Assembly (NCBI GenBank): GCA_001938485.1
Contig: MQRK01232656.1
Location: 1 to 64,000, forward strand
Length of the DNA stretch: 64,000 nucleotides
From: Girardia tigrina
Lineage: Eukaryota
Direction of reading: 5' to 3'
Each line of letters opens with the position of its first letter. Positions within the stretch are counted from its first letter, which is position 1. Both the position numbers and the translations under genes were made by a program. The notes below the pieces were generated by a model. It searched no databases and was not told the DNA's origin. It saw only the letters and a program-made list of their open reading frames with translations. Shown here in pieces: positions 1-11,557 of this stretch.

Positions 1-1653
1 CTAATTATTCAATAGTTATATTGAAATATTTTAATGTGTAAATATTATTTTAATACAAAAAATATTATTTTATAATATTTTAATAAAAAAATTATTTATT
101 TTCAGTCATTTCTTGTTCAACCAATTAGAGTTAGCGGATTAATTATAATTGTTCTGAGAGGTTACTTTGTGTCAATAAAAATACATCAGAAAAAATACAT
201 ATTACAATAAACATTTTTTAATTTTTTTGTTATTTTATTTTCATTTTAATTTTTTTTTGTCGGGCTTGATGGCTGAAAGATGGAGCCAATCAAATTTCCC
301 GAACAATATTTTCACGTGGGTGGAATTTAAATAACTTGTTATTTTCGTTATGGATATGTTAAATTTGTCGTTTGTAAGATAATTTTGTAGGGTAATTTGG
401 AACTTTTTCTTCTTATTTATGTGAGTGGAAATGTGGTGGTATTCGACATCTTTGATTTAGTTTTTTCTATTTCTGGAAATCAGTGCACTACAATATACAA
501 TAAACTCCAGATTATCCGGGCCAATTATGTGGATAAACCGAATTATAATTACTTATTTTTAAAATAAATTTTACTAATTTCAAAGGCAATTATTTTACCA
601 TTTTTAATACATATTATTAAGAAAATCTATAATTATATGTTGTTTAAAGGAATCTTGTCCTAATTTTTAATATCCGTTCGAATTTTTTGAAAACCTTTTA
701 AGTCGTTACATTAGAAATGCCCACTGTTAGATGCACTCAACTCATTGGCCGACAACGATGATCTTTATCATAATATCACGTACTTACCTAAGTTTCATTC
801 AACAATCTGAAAAACTCCACCTGAATTTTCAGAAGGATATTTTAGCATAAAATAACAAATTTAATTGATAAATCTATGACTCATAGGGTATTATATTATG
901 TGTTTACTTATCAAGTAATTATCAAATAAATAAATTTTTTTATGTCATGCAATATTTGAGATTTCATTTGAGATATTCATGAAGTTACGCTGAATTTTAT
1001 TGTTCAAAATATTTTAATATTATTGACTCTATATAGAATGAAAAAACCAAAAAAGTAATCAAAGAACATATTTCAAGCGTCCGATATCGGTTTGAGAGCA
1101 CATCTTCATTCTGTCTCGAAAAGATATGCACATTTTTGTAAATTCGTACATCAATCGGTTTGATTGGTTTGAAAATCTTGGAACTCAGTTGTTGAAGAGA
1201 TTTAGGTTTGCAATAAAAAACTTTTTCTTCACTCCAGCCCAGTGTCGGGCAACCTTTTTCGAGTTACGGCACACTAAGCTTAAAAAAAATTTTTCACGGC
1301 GCACCTGTGGGACTCTTCATTAGTTTTAAGAGAATATAGAATACATAATATGATTGTTTCTTAATAATGTTTAATTAAAATTACCTTGAGTAAAAAGTGA
1401 GTGAGAATCTCGCTAAGAATAAATTATAAGTACAGGATTCTTGTGCCACAACAAATTATTTTTAACTGTTTTTTAACCAACAGATTTTACTGTGTGCGAA
1501 ACTTACTGGATGTTTTACAATGATGCAAAAATAAGACTAATTTTGCTACGGCAATACTTCAAGTGGTTGTTCAATAAAAAGTTCAATAACTTTAACAATT
1601 TTAAATATTTTACAAAAATATTCGCTGCTCTAGCCGAATAAAGTCTCCAGGTG

Positions 1654-1860
1654 CTAAATAATGGACATGTCTTTACACTTCATTGGTCTCGAGTGACCAA
1701 TCCATGCACGTGTATACGTTTTCTTGTGAAAAACATGCGCGTCAGTTGTGAAATGCGACGGGACAGCATCTTGTAGAAACATTATTGCAGCATATAAGCG
1801 AGGAATCAAAATATGTTTCATGATCATGAGATAAAAATTTCCGTAAGCGAAATCATCCAA
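1654..1860 (-). mobile_element. Tc1/mariner (DD41D/rosa-like) transposase remnant
   Basis: Minus-strand translation ...YLMIMKHILIPRL..MFLQDAVPSHF...AWIGHSRP resembles the WFQQDGAPPH...RWIGRxGP motifs of this transposase group; degenerate, no termini found. Confidence 0.45.
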
Positions 1861-2334
1861 AAAATAAAGATCAAAAATTTTTAAGGATGAAAGACCGCAC
1901 TAAACAGACAGTCCAGTATTTCTCTTATGTATTTCTCTATCATGTCATGTAAGTTGGTAACATTTTCGAATTTTGTTCAGGGTTTCTTCGCAGTTAACAT
2001 TTTGGTTATTTTATTTTTCAGAAATTTATAATACTTTGTCTCTCTTACTACTATTCATATGCAATAAAAGTACTGACCCAAGGTTATATTGTTCCGATAA
2101 TAATACTCTCTCTGTAATCTGGACTTGTTCAAGTAATCTCATACTTATTATGGAAGTTCATCTTTACCAGATTTACTTTCTTTTAACTTATGAATAAGCA
2201 CCATTGCTATGAAAGTATGGTGGGTTCATCTACCGTATTATTTCTTTATAAAAAATAATTCTTGACCAAATCAATTGTTTTTTTATTGATAACCTCAAGG
2301 CATTAGCACCTATCAATAAACTGTTAAATTGAAA

Positions 2335-2464
2335 TATTCTATTATAAGACAAGACGCGCTCAAATTATTTATTATTATTAAAACAAATTCTACAAAGTAT
2401 TATTAATCTAAATTTCTGTAATAACATTTAAATCATTCTATTATTACTTATTAATAATGCCACA
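2335..2464. mobile_element. Short solo LTR-like element, family B (copy 1)
   Basis: 130 bp, tattc...gccaca, flanked by the 5-bp direct repeat tgaaa (2330-2334, 2465-2469); a near-identical copy lies at 19554-19693 (tgttgta...gccaca). Confidence 0.7.
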
Positions 2465-2625
2465 TGAAAGACTAAGAAATTCAAAATAAAAATCGATTGG
2501 ATGATGAGTTAAGAAATATCTATGGTCATCACTTGTGAAATAGGTACAAGTGTGAGATTACTTGAATCAGTCCAGATTACAGAGAGAGCATTATTATCTG
2601 AACAATATAACCTTGTGTCATCACG

Positions 2626-3072
2626 TTTTTAGCGCAATTTCCATACTGACAATTGTGATTATTAATTGGTTATTTCTGTGTGGATGGATGTGTCCGCAGC
2701 TTTAAGTCGTATCTCCTCAACGAAGCAATATCGAGGGCTAGTTCCAAAAGCAAATATGTTAAGCAAGTTCGGAGGATGATTGTGGGCCAAAAAAAATCCC
2801 GGAATTCCTTCCTGGATTTCCCGGAAAAGCCAAAAAACCTCGAAAAAATGCAGTTTTTGGCCTATATCTCGGTAACCAGACCCCTTAGCGACTTGAAACA
2901 TTTACCAATCGATTTCTGCAATAATTTAGAACAATATTGCCGAAGAAATTTTTCAAAAATATCCTTTCGTTCGGTCACAAAAAATTAATCATAGTCAAAT
3001 ACTGATATAAACGTTTTAATATTTGGGCACCGAATAACATAAGGAAATTGCGCTTAAATTGTCACTATACTT
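2626..3072 (+). mobile_element. Helentron-associated (HINE/DINE-1-like) non-autonomous element
   Basis: Subterminal inverted repeats agcgcaatttcc (2631) / ggaaattgcgct (3043), a second pair tgacaatt/aattgtca, short ggat repeats near the 5' end, both ends in T runs, and no obvious TSD. It interrupts the foldback arm. Confidence 0.5.
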
Positions 3073-3814
3073 TTTAATAACTTGTTTTTCGTTTTACTGA
3101 TTAATGTTAATCGCATATGAATAGTAGTAAGAGACGAAGTATTATAAATTTCCGTAAAATAAAATAACCAAAATCTTAACTTCAAAGAAACCCTGAACAA
3201 AATTCGAATTCTCTTACATCAGATGATGAAAAAATTCAATGACCCTTTCAAGAGTCACAGAGTTAATTTATAGCAATAATTTAATATTTATAATTGCTTT
3301 TATCCATTTCGGTCTTTAAGCCTGAAATATATTGTATAGTAAATTCTAAATAAATATATATACCAATTTAAATTTCCACTTGAATTCTCATAGAATATAT
3401 GAAATATTCTTTCATCATTGTGATAAATTTTCTCTTATTCATTTAAAACAAAGGTAGTCAAAACAGAATTAACTGACATATCACCATAACGACCATAAAA
3501 TAATATAAGAATGAATCCACACTTTCAAAATGTATTTGTTATATTTTTACTAAATTAGTTTGAACAGCTCTTTCTATAGTGCATTCTATAAAACTGTATT
3601 TCACAACATATAGGTTGATTACTCACAAACGTAACGCATTCATAAACTAGAAAATACTAGAGTAGGTGTATTCAATGTTACATAATTCCAGGTCTCAATG
3701 CATACACACAGATTACTGTGTCACTCTTCAATTTCCTAAACACACATATACAGATAATACACATACACACATACAATGCACCAATAGCGTGACAATTAAA
3801 CACACAAACTTATA

Positions 3815-3971
3815 ATTTGATAAGACCCGACACGAAGCAGTTTGACATTACAAAACACACACACATCTTATATTTTCTTACAACAAGAAATCATTTATAA
3901 AGTACTCCGGTCGGTTTCCTGTCACAATCACGCTACATTCTGGAACATTCGATTGTACAACTTTGTTGAAA
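3815..3971 (+). promoter_or_regulatory. Conserved proximal promoter/5' UTR of GST copy 1
   Basis: Blocks atttgataagacccgacac (3815-3833) and tcttacaacaagaaatcatttataaagtactccgg (3876-3910, containing TATA-like tttataaa) are identical to sequence upstream of GST copy 2. Confidence 0.7.
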
Positions 3972-4721
3972 ATGACTCTCAAAAAAGTAAATTTGAATTT
4001 AAACAAAGTGAATAATATTTATTCTGCTAATTAGTTAACATATTTCAATGCGAGAGGACGAGCAGAAATCATACGATTTGTTCTCAGTGCACTAAACGAA
4101 AAATTCGAAGATGAACGATTGAGTTTCGAAGAATGGGGGTCGAAAAAAGCGACAACGAAATACTCACAACTGCCAATTTTGACACTGGAAGACGGCACAG
4201 TGATGAACGAGAGCTTGGCGATCGCGAAATATTTGGCGAGAAAGGGGCATCTCTATGGCAACAACGAATGGGAGACTTATCTCGTCGATCGAGCGATAGA
4301 TACAGTAGGATTTATTTTATTTGAATTTGAATTGAATATTCGAATTTCAGATAACTGATCTCTATCTGAAAGCAATGCAGGTACATTTTGAGAAATGCGA
4401 GCAGAAGAAAGAGGAACTAACTAAAGAATTGAAGGAGAAATTTGTGCCGTTGTATCTAGGGGTGAGTGATTGTTGTTTGCGTGAGAAGAAACTTATCGCG
4501 ATTTATCACAGAAAATGACAAGTTACGTCGAGGAGGCCAAAGGTGACTTTCTCACCGGAGCGAAGCCGACTGTTGCCGATTTGTATTTGTGCTGTGTCGT
4601 GGAGAACTTTCCCGACGTGCGGTCGCATTTCGCCAAAGTCGACAAAATCTGCAATCAATTGATGAAAGTATATCCGGGACTCAAGCAATACATCGACAAT
4701 AGACCACAAACACAGTTCTAA
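3972..4721 (+). CDS. GST: Glutathione S-transferase, sigma-like (copy 1), 4 exons, 201 aa
   Basis: Exons 3972-3986, 4035-4304, 4351-4461, 4512-4721 with GT-AG phase-0 introns of 48, 46 and 50 bp. Protein MTLKKLTYFNARGRAEIIRF...FEDERLSFEEW...QLPIL...ESLAIAKYLA...FLTGAKPTVADL...YIDNRPQTQF has the catalytic Tyr (LTYF), cis-Pro loop and the sigma-type C-terminal RP motif. Confidence 0.93.
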
Positions 4722-5149
4722 GGCGCCTACTCGGTCTAGTTAATGTTGCACTTATGACTTAGGTTTTAGTGTAATTCACTTTTTGTTTTGAATACAGTCG
4801 TTATTGATAATGATGATTGAATGTCTTTCTGAAATTAATTGTCGAATGGAAAGTAAAAATACTATTGAAAAAAATTATGAATTCTAGTTTAAAAAATTCA
4901 AATATTTAATGTTTCAATGAAAATAAGTGGGATGTGATTATTGTTCTGTTGCAGTTGGAATGTCTTACTTTAAAATATAGAAGTCATTTCATATTACTTC
5001 ACCGAGAAATTTGTTTCATTTATTCACCGTTGTTAATTGGGTAGTTTTCTAAATAACTAGTATCTTCCATTTAAAATAGAAAGAGGACAGTTATCGAATA
5101 ATTTATAACATAATTAGTAAAATAAAATTATTAAGTATATTTTTTTACC

Positions 5150-5365
5150 TTTCGATATTTTGTTTGAATTCCTTGCCGTCCTCTTTCTGCAACATCTGTA
5201 AAATATTTTCTCCGTCTCTTTGTATGGTCCTTCGTATCGTTCTTAGCCTTTTTTTGCTTCTACCGTAGCTGATTCCCAATCTCCTTTTCAAAACGTTCTG
5301 TTGGAATCGTGTCGTCTTTCTTTAATAGGCTGTCTGTATGTCTTGCAGGACATTTCCCTCTTCAA
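5150..5365 (-). mobile_element. Gypsy integrase C-terminal (GPY/F) remnant
   Basis: Frameshifted minus-strand translation ERYEGPYK...LQKEDGKEFKQNIER. Confidence 0.35.
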
Positions 5366-5401
5366 TGTATGAGAGACATTGATTTATTATAAGTTTAATT
5401 A

Positions 5402-8400
5402 CACTTGGTAACTGTTGAATCAAGTTCAAGGTTATAGAATTATTTATTTAAGCATTTAAACAAACAGTCCTTAATCATGTGACACAACATCCCCCACAAT
5501 TAATTTACAAAGTTTTTATTGAAGTAACGAGAGTTTGGTTGACAAATGAGTCTACTTCGGGCTTCCTCATGGAACATGCCCCCATTGTGAGCTAGTCGAC
5601 CACCTGATATTGGAACTATGGTCGTTCCCATTTGTGTTTGTGGAATGGCCACTTCCATTATGTCCTGTTTATTGGACAGTAGTGCTTTCCTCATTAAGAC
5701 TTTAGGAGAGTGTTTCAAATATTCCGTTGAGGGAATTGTGCCGTTTGAGCTAGGGAAGAAATTGTTGACGATGTAAAACTGATGAAAACAGAATTCCACA
5801 GAACCCATTTCAGCCACATTCTTGGATAAGAATAGTTTTGCACTCCCTATTGCTCGTTCAGCTTTTCCATTGCTTGGTGAATGGTACGTTGGAGTTAACA
5901 TGAAGTCAATATTGCAACTTGAAAAGTAAAATTTAAATTCCTTGGAGACAAATTGTTTTCCATTATCATACACAATAATATTGGGAAGACCAAAATAGCA
6001 GAATGTCTTTTGTAGAGCACTAATGATTTGATTGGAAGATAACTGCTTTAATGGATGAATGTCTACAAAGTTAGAGAACTGATCAATTAGGATAAGGAAA
6101 CCATTGTCATCAAAGAAGAATAAGTCGATAAGTAATTTACTCTCGTTTCTTGAGACTGCACATGCATCATACTGGCTGATTAATTTTTGTATATCACCAT
6201 CCATTCCCGGTCACCAAACGAACTGGCGCATGAGTTGACGCATGCGAATAATACCTAGATGAAATTCATGAAAGAATCGAATAACAGCTTGACGATGTGA
6301 AGATGGAACTACCACTTTGTGTCCTCGTTGTATGTAACCCTTTACTACAGTATATTCGTGTTTGTTTGATGAGTATGGGATAAATTTCTTCTTAATTCTG
6401 TGAGGCCAACCTCGTTGAACCCACTGAATGACCGTTTTAAGTAAAGATGATTTGGATTGATGAAGATGCTTCATGTAACAATGAGGACTGTACTGCAACG
6501 TCCAATGTCAAGTTGGCCTACAATAATAGTCTCGTTTGCAGTGTAGTGTCAGTTAGCCCATTAATGAACTGGGTTAGAAGCAAACCATCTAAAAGGTCAC
6601 CAAAATTGCATGATGCAGCTGATTGTCGCAAGAGAGCAACGAATTGTTGAGTAGAGAGAGATTTCTACTTGAGCATGAAGAACTTGTGTCTTTCATGATG
6701 AAGAATAATTTTGGAACGTAGATGATTGAGCAAAACAACTCTGAGATTGTTGATATCCTTGTCATCTTCAAATGAAAATGTGTATGAAGCATCTAGTACA
6801 TTCTTCGGTGACACTAAGCTTGAAAGTAATTTGTAACACTCTGAGCCACAGAAAGACAAAAACACCGATTTCAGGTCGGCCTTGTCATAATGAATTTTCA
6901 CGATGAAATTGAACTGCTCCAACAATGTGGTGGCAGAATTGTAGTCCAGAGATAAAATGGAATTGTAATTGTAGCCATGAATTATGAATAGTATAGGACA
7001 ATCGTAATTGTACTAGTGGAAAAGGCAGTTTAATACCTTGTCCTCGTCGCCATGTATCAAGTTCAAGGTTATAGAATTATTTATTAAGCATTTAAGCAAA
7101 CATTCCGTAATCATGTGACACAAAAATATTTTTTGAAAATTACTCATGGTTTTCCAGCTGAATTAGACTAATATTGACCTTGAAATGACCTTGGTTTTGC
7201 TCAATCAAGTCCGGTTTTTTTGTTAGAAATTTTTAAAAAAATCGATTATTCTTAAAACAAATTACTGTTGATCATCAGCTGAGAAACCACTAACGATTTT
7301 TACCGTTTTTCTCAAGAAATATAAGTACACGTATATAAATTTATTCAGTTTTTGTTTAGTCCATCAAATTAGATAAGCATAATTATACATAAGATTAGTA
7401 TAAGAATGAACGTTACGTGACACAAAAGTTCAGAATTCACGGCATAAATCGGCGTTTCTTCGATTCCCGTATGTGAGGAGCTGCAAAGGTATCACTTCAG
7501 CGACCAGCAATAGTCCGCCATCATGACTGCGTTCCAGGTCCGATGGTACCTCTCTTCCATTTGGCGCATGTCCTGATGGAACCTTTTCTCCGTGCTCGTC
7601 GCTCATTGCCCCTAGTTTTTCAGGAAATTTCTCCCTGTATGAGAACAGGAAGTGCATCTTTATACTCATCAAACGACCGAGTTTTTGGAAGGCCTCTATC
7701 ATGTCGCTGATGAGTCTGGTGTGGTTTCCAGCCTTTGTGTTCCCCAGGAAGTTGTTCAGCACCGGCACAAACGTTTTCCAAGCGGCGCACTCTAGCGTGT
7801 CCATGAAGTTTTGGAACTATGTGTCCTTTATGAGTTGCTGCATCTGTGAGTCATCGAAAATGCGGCCTTCCGCTTTTCAACGGTCAGTCGAAAAAAGGCT
7901 CAGCACAGGTAGTTGAAGCACCTCCCATCTTTGTCCAGAGCACGCGTAAACTGTTTCATTAACCCAAGCTTCAGGTGTTGCGGTGAGATCAATATTTTCT
8001 CCCGGTCAACAAGAGGTTCTTTTATGATGTTTCTTGCGCCGGCCACTTTTTCTTTACATAGTGCTGGGCTCTGTCACGACTGTCGCACATACATATAAAG
8101 CATAGGTACTGCTGACCAAGTAAATATTTCACCATCTTTAAGTCGCCGCAGATCATCCATTGGTGCTGCTCATATTGGATTTTTTCGAGCACATACTTCC
8201 CTGCTTCATATTTTTCTTTGAGAGTTGTGGAGTGCGCAAGAGGAACTGAGGCGAAATTGTTCCCATTGTGGAGGATATATTTTATATATATAATTATATA
8301 TATAGGCCAGGTAGGCCTCTGACTGCATCTCAAAAAGTTGACCTGATAGATCAAAATCAATGTGATATTCAGACTCAGAACACCATAATTAGTCTAAGTC

Positions 8401-8441
8401 AACTGAGAAACCCCTGATAATTTTTTGGCAGTTACCCAGTG
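5402..8441. mobile_element. Chapaev3-like (CMC) DNA transposon, decayed, with a Mag retroelement inserted in its left TIR
   Basis: Termini cacttggtaac (5402) / gttacccagtg (8441), both flanked by tta (3-bp TWA-type TSD); the left TIR resumes at ~7125-7175. Minus-strand transposase fragments 7430-8280 include SVPLAHS..KEKY, WMICGDLKMV, HLKLGLMKQF, FLGN and MSIKMHFL..LGAMSDEHGE. Confidence 0.75.
5413..7123 (-). mobile_element. Gypsy (Mag-clade) LTR retrotransposon, internally deleted
   Basis: Two ~75-bp LTRs (5413-5489 TGTTG..CAACA; 7053-~7123). On the minus strand there is a PBS TGGCGACGAGGAC next to the 5' LTR and a PPT tgtggggga before the 3' LTR. A gag fragment (6500-6925) is joined directly to the integrase region (HEFHLGIIRMR..VW, IVYDNGKQF..PTYHSPSNGKAER; 5500-6440). 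No protease, RT or RNase H. Confidence 0.88.
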
Positions 8442-9304
8442 TTATTTATTGGATATAACACTTAATTTCACTTCAACAGCGGTTTTATTTCTTGGGAATC
8501 ACTGAACTCCTTAGATCTCTCTGAATGTGGTAGTGTTGTCGTTTGACTCTCAATTTTATTTTTCAAAAATATTTTTCATTTAAATTTTATTAATGGATTC
8601 AACAGTATTTTTTACATTTACAATTAAATTTAATTAAAAAAGCATATTATGCAATGAAATTCCAAAAGGAACAATAAAATAGATCTATTGAGATGGATAA
8701 TATAAAAATATTAGAGAATAGGATAAAGTATATACAATTAATAAAATTTAAAATTCATACCCTTATATCCATCATATCCTTATATCAAATCATGGATGAC
8801 AATGAAAAACATCAACTCCGAAGGATCCAATACTAAGTGGATGCCAACGAAGTGACGGATGATAAGTGACGTGAATAAATTGATAGTTCAGGATTAGAAG
8901 ACAAGAAAATAAAATCAGATCTCAAATAAATAAAATCGATTATATAGTTACTGAAATTAGAGAGGAGCGTCGAAAAAATTAAAATTGATGTAATTGTAAA
9001 ATTTTTTAATTCATAAAAACTTAAGAATCGAAAAATTACCTTCATCGTGAATTCTAAAATTAGCATCCAGATAGAAAAATATACTAAAATTAGTGACATC
9101 TGCCCTATTGGTTCTATGACAATTTGACACATTTTTTAATTCGAAATGTTTTTAATTTGATACAAATGAAAATAGATATATTCATTGTAATTAGACATTT
9201 TTAAAACTCCACATTTTCAATGACTAAATTTTTCAAAGTGATGTATTAAATCAAATTTTAGTTTTGACTTTAGCTTTTAAAAGGATACAAAAATATATGG
9301 CACG

Positions 9305-9858
9305 ATGTTTCAAATTCCAAAACAACTACTGTCTCAGTTGTCACCAACAAACAACTTGGTTGATATTGAAAAGGCATGCATGAATGCAGCAAGAGTAGCA
9401 TTTCCCAATGTAGATGTTAGAGGTTGCTACTTTCACCTCTACCGAAGTCTTATCAGAAAAGTCAACACTGTTGGATTAAAGAATGAATGTGAAAGCAACA
9501 TTGACATTAAAATTAGGTTAAAATCCCTTTGTGCCTTGGCTTTTGTGCCTGCTACTGATGTCAGGAATGTTTTTGATATTCTTATTAAAACATTCCATGA
9601 TGAGAATAGTTACAATGATTTTCTTACATATTTCTCATAAACTTAGAGGTGCTCTTGGTAGAGCTTCTAAGTTTCCAATAACATGCTAGAACCATTTTGA
9701 TTCTGCTGGTGAGCAAACATAAAAAAGTACAAATTGTTGTGAAGGTTTTCCCAATGCTATTAAGGTCATATTTCACTGAAGTCCCCACAGTGTTTGGACC
9801 TTGCTTGAAGAACTGCAGAGATAGAGCTTGTCAGAAAATGACTTTGGCAAATGTCCAG
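9305..9858 (+). mobile_element. Mutator (MULE) transposase remnant
   Basis: VDIEKACMNAARVAFPNVDVRGCYFHL...LCALAFVP matches the MULE DFE...CxFH core; stops follow, and it is truncated at 9859 by a family A LTR-like copy. Confidence 0.8.
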
Positions 9859-9943
9859 TGAGAGGAATATTTTAGATGTTTGATGTTTTGTGTTTGAATG
9901 TTGTATGTTGATTTAGAAAAATCGAGTTCTCTTCCAATTTGGC
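9859..9943 (+). mobile_element. Family A solo-LTR-like element, conserved end only
   Basis: tgagaggaatatttt...ttgtatgttgattt...tctcttcc matches the family A end; the far end and TSD were not found. Confidence 0.5.
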
Positions 9944-10866
9944 ATTCTATTTATGCTGTCTTTCCTCTTCATTCCGTTTCATTTGATCCTCTGTCACATT
10001 TCTGCAACGCTTCCTTCAAACGATCGTTCTTGACTTCTTTTCTTCAGTTAAAAAATTATTTTCATTTTTACAATCATTGATGACATTCAATTTGTTAGCG
10101 AGGCTTATGAGCACATACTTCAGTGTACAGTGTAAAAAATTACATAATGTCTTTTTATCCAATAAAATTATGAGAAATTAAAATGTAATATTAAAATTTC
10201 TCATTCATTGATTTGTTCATATTTGAATATTTAATCAAAAACTATATCAATCAAAGAAAGATGACCTCTGAAAATTGTTGTGCAGAATCTGTTTGTGTTG
10301 TAAATAAATGTTTGCATTCAAATTGTGATGTTGTTTATAATGATGATTAATGAAATTCACTTAAAAAATTATTAATACACGTATAATATCATAAACTTTC
10401 TCTACAGGGTCACAACTCTCTTTTGTCATCTCAACCTTTACTCAAAATATATTGAAAATATTAAATTTACAACGTAAGTCGTAATTATTTTCTAAAACAA
10501 CAAAAATGGACTTCAGTTTGGACAAAATTTCTGCATTCACAAAAAGATTTTTCCTTGTAAACACTGCAACAATGATATTTTTGTTTTCATGCCGACCTTG
10601 ATTTTGTTTAACTGTTTCAATTTCACCACCAACAAGTTACGCGAAGGAATCTTTTCTTTTGAATATCTGTAAAATAGTTTATATATTTTGATTTCATGCT
10701 ACTTGATGCAATGAATATTCGTTTTCAGGAACTAAACTATGCGAAACCAAATCATACATTCCACTAAGGAAGATCTGTTGGCGAAGATAGCCAACAAAAC
10801 AAATGAATGTATGCTCGTTTAATTATTATTAAATTTGATGCCAATGGTCGATTAGTGGGTGAAAGA

Positions 10867-10950
10867 CATATGAAAGACGTGCTCGAGAGATATCTGCCGA
10901 AAACCGATTTATCTCGAGGTCTTCCGTTGGAAGATAGAAAGAAAAAGACT
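10867..10950. repeat. Dispersed ~85-bp repeat (second copy 22166-22250)
   Basis: catatgaaagacgtgct(c/t)gagagatatctgcc...tttatctcgag..cttcc.ttg.aagatag is shared by both loci. Confidence 0.7.
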
Positions 10951-11127
10951 TTGAGCTGAAAGTGATGGAATGCGCCTCCGAAAGACGAAATAGTCAAGCT
11001 GATCGATAAATTATAATTATTATAATTATTGTGAATATTATAAATATGAGTATAATTATTAGTACTATAAAATGATCTCATCAAAGTATCAAAAACACCA
11101 ATTATAACCAACAAATAGTTGGAAATG

Positions 11128-11557
11128 AGTATCATTATTGATGTATGTATCATTTAGTTAATCTATTCTTACTTTCAGTTTGGTTAAGCATAGTTAAGTT
11201 AAAATACAATTAAATCAATACAATTAAATCGAAAACGATTAAATCGAATACGATTAAAGTATCATTATTGATGTATTTATCATCTTTTGACCTATTCTTA
11301 GTTTCGGTTTAGTTTGAATAATCCAAAAAAGGAAACTAAAGGAATTACCAAACATAATATTAAAACGAGTATCATTATTGATGTATTTATAATTTATTAT
11401 TTATTAAACCTATTATGTTCAGTTTGGTTAATCATAGTTTATTACAAGAATAAACTAAAAGAATTACAAATCGTAATATTAAAGTGAGTATAATTATTGA
11501 TGTATTAATCATTTCGTTAACTTATTCTTATTTTTAGTTTGGTTTCGCTTAGTTTAA
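11128..11557. repeat. Degenerate tandem repeat, 4 units of ~110-130 bp
   Basis: Units begin agtatcattattgatgtat at ~11129, 11259, 11368 and 11488; each has ctatt(c/a)t and agtttgg-like motifs. Confidence 0.75.

Larger units (their letters stand above)
1938..3228. mobile_element. Long-inverted-repeat (foldback-like) non-autonomous element carrying two nested insertions
   Basis: The left arm ~1960-2145 (ttcgaattttgttcagggtttctt...gttcaagtaatctcatactt) is the reverse complement of 2549-2620 plus 3112-3210. The right arm is split by the 2626-3072 insertion. Outer ends are approximate. Confidence 0.65.

Noticed and set aside
1080-1325. hAT-like end (cagtgtcgggcaacc at ~1241) and adjacent ORF
   Set aside because: No partner TIR or TSD found; the ORF has no recognisable domain.
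11128-11557. CRISPR-like repeat-spacer array
   Set aside because: Spacers are homologous to one another, repeats are degenerate, there are no cas genes, and the context is eukaryotic.
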